A stretch of 64,000 nucleotides of DNA from Alphaproteobacteria bacterium (lineage in GTDB: Bacteria; Pseudomonadota; Alphaproteobacteria; Rhodobacterales; Rhodobacteraceae): contig JAUIHM010000003.1 of NCBI GenBank assembly GCA_030432315.1, positions 1,895-65,894 of the forward strand, written 5' to 3'. Below, one piece after another: positions 11,008 through 19,693 of this stretch. How positions within the stretch are numbered: position 1 is the stretch's first letter; each line of letters opens with the position of its first letter. Made by a program: the position numbers and the translations under genes. Below the pieces are notes generated by a model, which was given only the letters and a program-made list of their open reading frames with translations, did no database searches and was not told the DNA's origin.

Positions 11008-12290
11008 GCCGGGGCGCACTCAGGCGGTACTTCGACGGGATCGCCTTCAAGCGGCTGGTGGCGGTGGATACGGTTCAGGGCGGATCGCGCCAGCATGAGG
11101 TGGGCGGGCGCAACTCGTTCAACCGGCTGCTCGGCACCGGGGCGAACCGGTCGCGCAAGGACGGCAACGGCATTCCCGTGCGCTATGTCTATGTCACTGA
11201 CGATCCGGAGGAAACGCTCCGGGTTGAGGGGGATGTTTCCTGGTATGACGCCCGGCACCGGGACCCGAAGCGCGGTCCGGAATGGCGGCTCTACTACCCT
11301 GGCAACGACGTGACCCGACGGATGGCCGAGGGGGACCTGTTTCTCGTGGCGCGCAAGCCGGACGGGAGCCTGCTGATCGTGGTGGCGCCGGCGGGGTCGT
11401 CGGTGGAGCGGCAGTTGCAGTGGCTGTTCGGATTCGATGCCCAGGCGGCGATCGGCACGCTGCTGGGCGGGGAGATCGGCGGGGCGGATCTTGATTTCCA
11501 GTCGCGGTCGCTGCTGGAGGATCTGGAGATCGAGGTGGCGCCGGATGCCACCGGCTTTCTGGAGGAGATGCTGCGCCGGTTCGGGCCGGAGTTTCCGCCG
11601 ACCGCGGCATTTTCGGCCTTTGCGCGGGAAATCCTGCCGGAAGTCGATCCGGTGGCGGATCCCGACGGGGCATTGCTGGCCTGGTTCGAGCAGGAGGATC
11701 TGCTGTTTCGGGAACTGGAGGAGCATATCGTTGCCAGGCGTATCGAAGCCGGGTTTCAGCTGAACGGTCAGACCGACGTGGCCGGTTTCGTGCGCTATTC
11801 GCTGAGCGTCAACAACCGCCGCAAGTCGCGGGCCGGGTATGCCTTTGCCCATCACGTCGCGGAGGTGTTCAGCCGGTGCGGGCTTCGGTTCGAGGCCGAG
11901 GTGGTGACGGAACAGAAGAAGCGGCTCGATTTCATGCTGCCGAACGGGACCGCCTATCATGACCCGTCGTTTCCGCGCGATCTTCTGACGGCGCTTGGGG
12001 TTAAGACCACCTGCAAGGACCGCTGGCGGCAGGTGCTGTCGGAAGCGGCGCGGCTGCCGCACAAGCATCTTCTGACGCTGGAGACGCGGATTTCCGCGGC
12101 GCAGCTCGATGAGATGACGGCGGCGCAGCTGCGGCTGGTGATTCCGCTGGCGCGGCACTGGGATTTCGGCGCGATGCCATCGGCTGCGCAGCCGATGTCG
12201 GTCGCCGCGTTCGTTGCGGAGGCGCGGGCGCGGCAGGTACGGGCAGAGGGGGATCAGCGCAGGCGCAGCCTGGGCGCGGTGCCGACATAG
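11004..12290 (+). CDS. EcoRII-like type II restriction endonuclease (EcoRII C-terminal domain), possibly catalytically impaired
   Basis: NRRKSRAG, DFMLP, VKTTCKDRWRQVLSEA, HLLTLE motifs of EcoRII-C; GTG start overlaps the vsr stop (GTGA 11004-11007). Confidence 0.88.
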   Translation: MSRGALRRYFDGIAFKRLVAVDTVQGGSRQHEVGGRNSFNRLLGTGANRSRKDGNGIPVRYVYVTDDPEETLRVEGDVSWYDARHRDPKRGPEWRLYYPGNDVTRRMAEGDLFLVARKPDGSLLIVVAPAGSSVERQLQWLFGFDAQAAIGTLLGGEIGGADLDFQSRSLLEDLEIEVAPDATGFLEEMLRRFGPEFPPTAAFSAFAREILPEVDPVADPDGALLAWFEQEDLLFRELEEHIVARRIEAGFQLNGQTDVAGFVRYSLSVNNRRKSRAGYAFAHHVAEVFSRCGLRFEAEVVTEQKKRLDFMLPNGTAYHDPSFPRDLLTALGVKTTCKDRWRQVLSEAARLPHKHLLTLETRISAAQLDEMTAAQLRLVIPLARHWDFGAMPSAAQPMSVAAFVAEARARQVRAEGDQRRRSLGAVPT

Positions 12291-12664
12291 TACCAGCGCC
12301 CGCCTTCGCGCCGAAACAGGCTGTTCTCGCGCAGGCTGCCTGGACCGGTGGCAGTGATGAAACGGGCTTCGAACTGGACCGTGCCTTCGCTGTCGCCGGC
12401 CTGGCCCCGCCTGGTTCTGCGGATGGTGAGACCGGTCCAGTGAGCGGCGGTGGCGAAGGTGGCGGTTTCGACCGGATCGAAGTCGCCCTGAAGTTCCGGC
12501 AGCAGAGAGGCACGCAGCCAGGCGATGTCGCGCCGGGCGTGGGCGGTGTAGCGCGAGCGCATCAGCGCTTCGGCCGTTTCGGGCCAGCGGGTCTGCGACA
12601 GGGCGGGGCCGCAGCAGGTCTCGTAGGGCTTGCCGGAGCCGCAGGGGCAGGGGGTTTCGGGCAT
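12254..12664 (-). CDS. YchJ family protein (SEC-C motif)
   Basis: CPCGSGKPYETCC, TAEALMRSRYTA, ENSLFRREGGRWYY. Confidence 0.92.
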   Translation of the reverse strand: MPETPCPCGSGKPYETCCGPALSQTRWPETAEALMRSRYTAHARRDIAWLRASLLPELQGDFDPVETATFATAAHWTGLTIRRTRRGQAGDSEGTVQFEARFITATGPGSLRENSLFRREGGRWYYVGTAPRLRLR

Positions 12665-12736
12665 TCGGGGATCCGCTAGGGGCGTACCGGCGAAGTCTGG
12701 CCGGAAAGCCGGCGCGGGTCCAGTACCGATGCGGCG

Positions 12737-13330
12737 TCAGGGGAACAGAACGGGATACAGCGAGGCGATCAGCAGAGCCGCCATGCTGCCGTTGAAGGTT
12801 CTAAGCCGTGTGGGGCTGGTCAGCAGGCGGCGCAACTGTTGGCCCGCCAGGGTCCAGACGCTGACCGACGGCAGGTTGATGGCGCCGAACAGCAGCGCGG
12901 CAATCGAGACGGCGGCAAGGCTCTGGCTGCCCGTGTAGACGGTGACGGCGGTGAGGGCCATCGTCCAGGCCTTGGGATTGACCCACTGAAAGGCGGCGGC
13001 CTGGAGGAAGGTGAGGGGAGTGCCGCCCGCCGCGCGCTCACCCGGGCCGGCGGCGGTGGCGATCTTCCAGGCGAGCCAGGTGAGATAGACCACACTGACC
13101 ACTTTCAGCACCGTGTGGGCGGGCGGCCAGGCCTCGAAGATGCCGGCGAGGCCGATGCCGACGAGAAACACCATCGCCGTGAAGCCGAGGCCGACGCCGA
13201 GCATGTGCGGCAGGGTGCGGCGAAAGCCGAAGTTGGCCCCGGAGGCCATCAGCATCAGGTTGTTCGGCCCCGGCGTGACCGAGGAGACAAAGGCGAAGAC
13301 CGCGAGGGCGAGGAAATGTTCCGGTGTCAT
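12737..13330 (-). CDS. LysE family amino-acid exporter
   Basis: TPGPNNLMLMASG, FQWVNPKAW. Confidence 0.92.
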   Translation of the reverse strand: MTPEHFLALAVFAFVSSVTPGPNNLMLMASGANFGFRRTLPHMLGVGLGFTAMVFLVGIGLAGIFEAWPPAHTVLKVVSVVYLTWLAWKIATAAGPGERAAGGTPLTFLQAAAFQWVNPKAWTMALTAVTVYTGSQSLAAVSIAALLFGAINLPSVSVWTLAGQQLRRLLTSPTRLRTFNGSMAALLIASLYPVLFP

Positions 13331-13403
13331 GGGGCAATTTATGATCGCATTTCTCTGGCGAAAGATTGCATAATGCGGCTTTCAACGGGAGATTTTGCAA
13401 TCT

Positions 13404-13856
13404 ATGGCCGGTTTGGATGCGATAGGTGAGAATATATTGCGCGAGCTGACCCAAGACGGGCGGATCAGCAATCTGGAGCTGGCGGAGCGCGTCGGGCTGT
13501 CGGCGTCGGCCTGTCTGCGGCGGGTGCAGGAACTGGAGCGGTCGGGGGTGATAAAGGGGTACCGCGCGGTGCTCGACCGGACGGCGCTGGGGGTCGGGTT
13601 CGTCGCCTATGTGACGGTGGGGCTTTCGGTGCACACCAAGGCGTCGCAGGAGGCGTTCGAGCGGTCGATCTCTCGCTCGCCGGAGGTAAGGGAGTGTCAC
13701 AACGTCACTGGGGCGGTGGAATACCTGCTGCGGGTCGAAGCGGAGGATCTGGCGGCGTACAAGCGGTTCCACACCGAGATTCTCGGCGTGCTGCCGCAGG
13801 TCAATTCGATCACTTCCTATGTGGTGATGGGCTCGCCGAAGGACGAGCGGGCCTGA
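13404..13856 (+). CDS. Lrp/AsnC family transcriptional regulator
   Basis: DGRISNLELAERVGLSASACLRRVQELE HTH; divergent from the LysE gene. Confidence 0.93.
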   Translation: MAGLDAIGENILRELTQDGRISNLELAERVGLSASACLRRVQELERSGVIKGYRAVLDRTALGVGFVAYVTVGLSVHTKASQEAFERSISRSPEVRECHNVTGAVEYLLRVEAEDLAAYKRFHTEILGVLPQVNSITSYVVMGSPKDERA

Positions 13857-13936
13857 GGTGGTTCGGTGCAGGAATAGTTTGAACCTGACGCTGCCGCCGG
13901 TAAGGTCCGGTGCAGGCAGAAACAGGGCAGGCGAAA

Positions 13937-15229
13937 TTGGCTAATCTCATTATCAATGGCGGTGTGCCGCTCAGGGGCAGGATCAGGCCGTCGGGCAACA
14001 AGAATGCGGTTCTGCCGATGCTTTGCGCCAGTCTGCTGACAGCCGAGCCGGTCACGCTGACCAATGTTCCGGCGATTACCGACGTGACGAAGATCCTGGA
14101 CTATTTTCGGACGCTGGGCTCGGAGATTGCCTACGACGCCGAAGCAGGGCGCCTTACGGTGCGGCATCCAAAAACCATCGGCCGCAGCGCGGCGGAGAAC
14201 CTGCCGCTGGGGATTCGCTCGGCGGTGCTGCTGCTGGCGCCGATCCTGTTTCGGGCGGGGCATTTGCGGTTCGACATCGAGGCAAAGGGCTGCACGCTCG
14301 GCATTCGCGAGATCGACCCGCACATCACCAGTCTGACCACGTTCGGGGCGGCGCTGTCGCAGGCGGAGGGCATCGACCTGACACTGGGCGAGCGGCCGGA
14401 GGCACAGTCGATCTGGGCGGAGTATGCGTCGGTGACGGCGACTGAGACCTTCGCGATGATCGCAGCGGTTGCCGACGGGCAGTCGGTGCTGACCAATGCG
14501 GCGTCGGAGCCGCATGTGCAGGCGCTGTGCCGGATGATTGGCGATATGGGGGCGGGTATCGAGGGACTTGGCACCTCGCGGCTGAGCGTCACGGGCACGG
14601 ACCGGCTCGGCGGAACGGTGCAGCGGGTGCCGGACGATCATCACGAGGTGGCCACGTTCCTTGCCTTTGGCGGGGTTACCGGCGGTAGGATCACGGTCGA
14701 GACCGACATCGTCTCGGAAATGCCGCTGATCCTCGAGCAGTTCGGCAAGCTTGGGCTTGAGTTCGAGCATGGACCCGGTGAAGTGACGGTCGTCGGCTGG
14801 ACCCGTGAAGTTACGCCGCCGCTGACGGCGCAGATGACGGCGAAGATCGAGGCGGCGCCGTGGCCGTATTTTCCCGCGGACCTGCTGCCGCAGGCCATCG
14901 GGGTTTCGGTCGGGTGCACGGGTGATGTGCTGTTCTGGAACAAGGTCTATGAGGGGGCGCTGGGCTGGAGCAGCGAGTTGCTCAAGTTCGGGGTGCGCGC
15001 GCATCTGTCCGATCCGCACCGGCTGATCGTTTTTGGCAACAATCGGCTGAAACCGGCGGAGGTCGAAGCGCCCTACATCATTCGGGTGGTGGTTGGACTC
15101 GCAATCGCGGCGATGCAGATTCGCGGCAGGTCGAAGATCCTGAAAGCCGATCCGTTGCGGCGGGCGCACCCGAACCTGATCGAAAACCTGTCACGCCTCG
15201 GCGCGGATATTGCCTGGGAAAGCGTCTGA
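13937..15229 (+). CDS. murA: Divergent UDP-N-acetylglucosamine 1-carboxyvinyltransferase (MurA paralog)
   Basis: SGNKNAVLP, GCTLGIR, ASVTATE, NAASEPHV, PWPYFPADL; TTG start at 13937 assumed. Confidence 0.82.
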   Translation: MANLIINGGVPLRGRIRPSGNKNAVLPMLCASLLTAEPVTLTNVPAITDVTKILDYFRTLGSEIAYDAEAGRLTVRHPKTIGRSAAENLPLGIRSAVLLLAPILFRAGHLRFDIEAKGCTLGIREIDPHITSLTTFGAALSQAEGIDLTLGERPEAQSIWAEYASVTATETFAMIAAVADGQSVLTNAASEPHVQALCRMIGDMGAGIEGLGTSRLSVTGTDRLGGTVQRVPDDHHEVATFLAFGGVTGGRITVETDIVSEMPLILEQFGKLGLEFEHGPGEVTVVGWTREVTPPLTAQMTAKIEAAPWPYFPADLLPQAIGVSVGCTGDVLFWNKVYEGALGWSSELLKFGVRAHLSDPHRLIVFGNNRLKPAEVEAPYIIRVVVGLAIAAMQIRGRSKILKADPLRRAHPNLIENLSRLGADIAWESV

Positions 15230-15286
15230 CGGATTTGCCGTGGCTCTGCGGCGGGACCGGATTTCCGTCACCAACCCAAAACGAAA

Positions 15287-15309
15287 CCGGGCCCCGAGAA
15301 GGGGCCCGG
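15287..15309 (-). terminator. Intrinsic terminator of the sulfatase gene
   Basis: CCGGGCCCC-GAGAA-GGGGCCCGG stem followed by a U-rich tail on the minus strand. Confidence 0.7.
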
Positions 15310-15331
15310 ATGGGTGCGAAATGTGACGGGA

Positions 15332-16975
15332 TCAGTTGCCGCTGGGCAAGCCGATGCTGAAACCGTCCTGTGCAAGCGAATCCTGCAGGTATTTGAAGCG
15401 CTGGTAGCCGGAGAGGGTGATTGGGCCATTATAGCCTTCGCCCTGCATCTTGCGCGGCGGGTTCTCGACGTAGGTCTTCATCAGGTCCGCTATTGCTGTG
15501 TTGAAGGTGATCAGCGTCCAGGTGTGTTCGGTGTAGCTGTTCATGAACACGTCGTAGCGTTCCTGGGGATCCTGGAGGAGATCAAACACCTGTGGCACCA
15601 TCGCCGCGTATTTCTCGGCGCCCTTCCAGCCGAGGTTGGTGTCCACTGCCAGACCGCCGGTCTGGGCACCGTTGTCGCCACGCAGGTTGAACACGGCCTT
15701 GTAGTTGCCGACCCGCGCCGCGCCCGGCGTCAACTCGTTTTCGGTGAAGTAGAACCACGAGTTCCGCTGCGGCTCGCCTTCTCCGGTCCAGGTAGGAATC
15801 ATGCTGATGCTGTCGAAGACGATTGGCTCTCCTTCGCGGTCCTCGGTCGGCAGGTCAACGCCGGCAACCTCGGCGAACGTGGCCATCAGGTCGAGGCCGC
15901 CGACGATCGCAGCGCTCTTGCTGTCGGGCGCGACATGTCCCGGCCAGCGGACGATGGCCGGAACGCGGTTGCCACCCTCGCGCACGGTGCCCTTCGTGCC
16001 GCGGAACGGTGTGTAGCCGGCGTCGGGGTAGACGTCCTGCCAGGCGCCGTTGTCGGTGGTCCAGAAGACGATGGTGTTGTCGGTCAGCCCCAGTTCGTCG
16101 ACCTTGGCGAGGATGTTGCCGACGCGGGCGTCCATTTCGACCACCGAATCGGCGTATTTGGTCTTGGAGATGGAAGCGCCCTGGTATTCAGGTGCCGGCA
16201 TGCTCGGCTGGTGGACCTTCATGAAGTTGACGTTGATGAAGAACGGCGCATCGGCCGCGGCGGCTTCTTCGAGGAAGTCGATGGCATCCTGTTCGACATA
16301 GGAGTCGAAGAAGGGAATGCCGACAACGCCTTCTTCCGGCGTGTTGACGTACTGGCCGTTGATCTTGAAGTCCTCGGTCACTTCACCGCCGGCCTTGCCC
16401 GACAGCGAGCCTTTGGTCACCTCGGCGAACATTTCGCGCAGTTCCGGGTCCATGTCCGGGAACCATGTCGGATCGGCGTATGTATAGGCGTTCAGGTGAT
16501 AGAGGCCGACATGGCGCATGTCGTCGTAACCCTGGGCATTCGGCAGGGCGTAGTCATCTTCGCCCAGATGCCACTTGCCGGTAAAATAGGTGTTGTAGCC
16601 GGCCGTCTTGAGCAGCGATGCGATGGTCCACTCGGCCGCCGGCAGACCGCCACCCTGGCCCTGGAAGGCAACGGTGGTCATGCCGCTTCGGTTGGGGATG
16701 CGGCCGGTCTGCATTGCCGCGCGGCCCGCCGTGCAGCTTGGCTGGGCATAAAAATGCGTGAACATCATGCCGTCGTCGGCCAAAGCGTCGAAGTTCGGCG
16801 TCGGCATGCCGCGCGCCTCACCGCCGAGGTATGCGCCAATGTCGCCGTACCCGGTATCGTCGGTAACGATCAGCAGGATGTTGGGTCTGTCCACGGTGCT
16901 CTGGGCCTGCGCCGCCGACAGCGACACGCCCCCCAGGGCAATCGTCAATGCTCCAAAAAATAGGACTGGTTTCAT
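15332..16975 (-). CDS. Arylsulfatase (formylglycine-dependent, Cys type), secreted
   Basis: Signal peptide, PNILLIVTDD, CTAGR motif, GKWHLG, TDNG. Confidence 0.92.
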   Translation of the reverse strand: MKPVLFFGALTIALGGVSLSAAQAQSTVDRPNILLIVTDDTGYGDIGAYLGGEARGMPTPNFDALADDGMMFTHFYAQPSCTAGRAAMQTGRIPNRSGMTTVAFQGQGGGLPAAEWTIASLLKTAGYNTYFTGKWHLGEDDYALPNAQGYDDMRHVGLYHLNAYTYADPTWFPDMDPELREMFAEVTKGSLSGKAGGEVTEDFKINGQYVNTPEEGVVGIPFFDSYVEQDAIDFLEEAAAADAPFFINVNFMKVHQPSMPAPEYQGASISKTKYADSVVEMDARVGNILAKVDELGLTDNTIVFWTTDNGAWQDVYPDAGYTPFRGTKGTVREGGNRVPAIVRWPGHVAPDSKSAAIVGGLDLMATFAEVAGVDLPTEDREGEPIVFDSISMIPTWTGEGEPQRNSWFYFTENELTPGAARVGNYKAVFNLRGDNGAQTGGLAVDTNLGWKGAEKYAAMVPQVFDLLQDPQERYDVFMNSYTEHTWTLITFNTAIADLMKTYVENPPRKMQGEGYNGPITLSGYQRFKYLQDSLAQDGFSIGLPSGN

Positions 16976-17324
16976 ACTGTTCTCCCCTGCAATGCCAAAT
17001 TCAGTCGTAATTCGCGGGCGGCCCACTGGCCTCGTTCCGGGTGTACCGGTGTGGCCCTGGTCCATCCGGGTCTCTTCTGCTCCTGTTTCGGCAGGACATT
17101 CCGCTACCCTGACTGCCGCCGTTGCACCCGCACCGCAGCTTAGGCCGACCTCGTCGGTGTGTCGAGTTGGATGGAGACAATTATTCAGACATTTCAGCGG
17201 TTTTGTGCCTGGCGTTCCGGTCGCGGCCGGTTGCCTGCTTTGCGCGTACGGGCCGGTATCCGTCCGCTATGCGGTGCCCTGACACTGTGGTATTTTCCGG
17301 TCAGCAACGGGGAGTGCGAATCTG

Positions 17325-18491
17325 ATGTCCAGTGAAGAAACCACCGTCCTGGTTGGCACCACCAAGGGTGTGTTCCTGATTTCCGGCGGGGCCGAGCGCA
17401 GTGGCTGGACCGTAAGCGGTCCGTTCTGCGGCGGCTGGCCGATCAACCACGTCACCGGAGATCCCGACACCGGAACGCTGTGGGCCGGTGGCGGCAGCGA
17501 CTGGTTCGGTGCCGGGGTCTGGCGCTCGGAGGACGGCGGCAGCAGCTGGGAGGTGGCGCGGCTGACAAGGGGGCAGATGGACGAGTGGGCCGCGAATGAC
17601 GCGGACTTCGCCAAGATGATCGGTTGGGTGGATGAGGAATTGCCGTTCGGCGACGAATTCTCCCAGATCTGGTCGCTCGGCCTGGCGCACGGGACCGTCT
17701 ATGCCGGAACCAAGCCGGCGAGCCTGCTGGCCAGCGACGACGGCGGGCGCAGCTGGACGCGGGTTCAGGGGCTGACGGATCATCCGTCGTCGGACAGCTG
17801 GAACCCGGGTGCCGCCGGGCTTGTTCTGCATACGATCGTTGCCGATCCGACGAATGCGGACAAGCTCTGGGTCGGCATTTCCGCCGCCGGAGTTTTTGCC
17901 ACCGAGGATGGCGGCGCGACCTGGGAGCGGCGCAACCGGCTGTCGAATGCTGAAAGCTGCGGGACGCACAGCCATCCGGCGGCGCCGCGCGACGGCGATG
18001 TCGGTCACTGTGTGCACAACATGATGCGTGCGCCGGGGGACAGCGATCTGATCTATCAGCAGAACCATCACGGGGTCTGGCGCTCGGCGGATGGCGGGCG
18101 GAGCTGGGACGACATTACCGCCGGTCTGCCATCGACTTTCGGCTTTCCGATCCGGGTGCATCCGCGGGATCCGCAGACGGTCTGGACGCTGCCGCTGAAC
18201 GGGGACACGGCCGGGCGCTATCCGCCGGACGCGGCGGCGGCGGTGTGGCGGTCGCGGGACGGCGGGCAGACCTGGCAGGACCTGCGTGCGGGTCTGCCGC
18301 AGACATCCTGTTTCTTCACCGTGTTGCGCCAGGCGATGGCGGGAGACGGGCGCGATCCGGCCGGGGTGTATTTCGGCACCAACAGCGGGTCGGTGTTCGC
18401 CAGTCTCGATGAGGGGGACAGCTGGGAGGAGATCGCGCGGCATCTGCCGACGGTGCTGGCGGTGGAGGTGCTCGACCGGCGCGGGGCCTAG
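17325..18491 (+). CDS. BNR/Asp-box repeat beta-propeller protein (WD40/YVTN/sialidase-like)
   Basis: Multiple S-x-D-G-G-x-(S/T)-W Asp boxes; VGTTKG N-terminus; GGGAG RBS. Confidence 0.85.
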   Translation: MSSEETTVLVGTTKGVFLISGGAERSGWTVSGPFCGGWPINHVTGDPDTGTLWAGGGSDWFGAGVWRSEDGGSSWEVARLTRGQMDEWAANDADFAKMIGWVDEELPFGDEFSQIWSLGLAHGTVYAGTKPASLLASDDGGRSWTRVQGLTDHPSSDSWNPGAAGLVLHTIVADPTNADKLWVGISAAGVFATEDGGATWERRNRLSNAESCGTHSHPAAPRDGDVGHCVHNMMRAPGDSDLIYQQNHHGVWRSADGGRSWDDITAGLPSTFGFPIRVHPRDPQTVWTLPLNGDTAGRYPPDAAAAVWRSRDGGQTWQDLRAGLPQTSCFFTVLRQAMAGDGRDPAGVYFGTNSGSVFASLDEGDSWEEIARHLPTVLAVEVLDRRGA

Positions 18492-19498
18492 CGGCGATAG
18501 AGCGGCGGCCTCTCGGGCATCGTGACCGCAACGCGGCTGCCGCCGGTGAGGGCGCGCACCCCGGCTTCGGCCGCGAGGGTGGCGGCGAGGCCGTCCCAGG
18601 CGCTGGCGGCGGCATCGGCGAGGATGCCGGTTTCGACGAATTTCACGAAGGCGCGGTTCTGCAGCCGGTAGGCTTCGGCGAAGCGGGGGCGCCAGTCGGC
18701 GGGGTAGCGTTCCACCGACTGCAGTTCGGCGTTGACGCGGGTATGGACGGGGGCATTGAAGCTGACGGTGCCGGTGGCGCAGACCAGTTCGCCGCGCACG
18801 TCGTAGCCGTAGGTGGCAGTGTTGTTGATCTCGATGCTGACCGGCTGGCCGCCGGTGGTTTCGAGCACCATGAACACCGGTGCGACCCTTTCAGAGGTGG
18901 CGGTGACGGCGGGCTGAAAGGCCGTCACTGTCCGGTAATCCGTTCCCAGCACGAACCGGGCGATGTCAAACTCGTGCGGTGCGGAGTTGGTGATGGCCAT
19001 GGCGCCGGTGAAGCCGGCGGGCGCATCGACGTTGCGGTGAAAGTTGTGCATCATCAGGGCGGCGCCCAGCGTGTTGCCGGTCAGGGCGGCGCGCATTTCC
19101 CTGTAGGACGGATCGAACCGGCGCATGAACCCGACCTGGACCAGTTGCCGTCCGCGCGCGGTTTCAGCGTCGATCACGGCGAGGCATTCGCGGGAATCAG
19201 GCGAGAGCGGCTTTTCACAAAGCACGGGTTTGCCGGTTTCGATGCACGCCAGCGTCAGGGCGGCGTGGGTCTGATCCGGGCTGGCGATCAGAACGGCATC
19301 GACATCGCGGCGGCGGATCGCGGCGTCGGGATCGGTGGCAACGTCATGGGCGCCATGGGCCTCGGCGACGGCGCGGGCCCGTTCGGCGGAGGCATCGCAG
19401 ACCACCTGGAGCGTGGCGCCGGGCAGGTCCTCGGCGATGATCCGGGCGTGATCGGCCCCCATGATCCCGGCACCGATTACGGCGATTCTGCTGGACAT
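18488..19498 (-). CDS. Gfo/Idh/MocA oxidoreductase (inositol 2-dehydrogenase-like)
   Basis: GAGIMG, CEKP, VGFMRRFD, YGYDVRGE. Confidence 0.9.
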   Translation of the reverse strand: MSSRIAVIGAGIMGADHARIIAEDLPGATLQVVCDASAERARAVAEAHGAHDVATDPDAAIRRRDVDAVLIASPDQTHAALTLACIETGKPVLCEKPLSPDSRECLAVIDAETARGRQLVQVGFMRRFDPSYREMRAALTGNTLGAALMMHNFHRNVDAPAGFTGAMAITNSAPHEFDIARFVLGTDYRTVTAFQPAVTATSERVAPVFMVLETTGGQPVSIEINNTATYGYDVRGELVCATGTVSFNAPVHTRVNAELQSVERYPADWRPRFAEAYRLQNRAFVKFVETGILADAAASAWDGLAATLAAEAGVRALTGGSRVAVTMPERPPLYRR

Positions 19499-19693
19499 GC
19501 GGCTTCCCCGGGGCTGATTTCGCGGTCTTTCGTTTCGGCATAGTCGGGCAGGGTCGCTGCGTCAACGCGGCGGCGGCGGCGGCGCGTTCCGACGGCCGCT
19601 TGGATGCCGGACCGGCGCAGTTTTGGTCTGGGAAAACACCGTTGCTTCTGTAAGATCGGCCGCGCGAACCGGGCAGTTGAGGGGAGACGGCGG

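Noticed and set aside
15314-16963. 549-aa plus-strand ORF (and similar long antisense ORFs at 30170-32455, 33052-34866, 38269-39696, 10659-12158, 13817-15169)
   Set aside because: Shadow ORFs opposite well-supported genes; expected in high-GC DNA and lacking motifs
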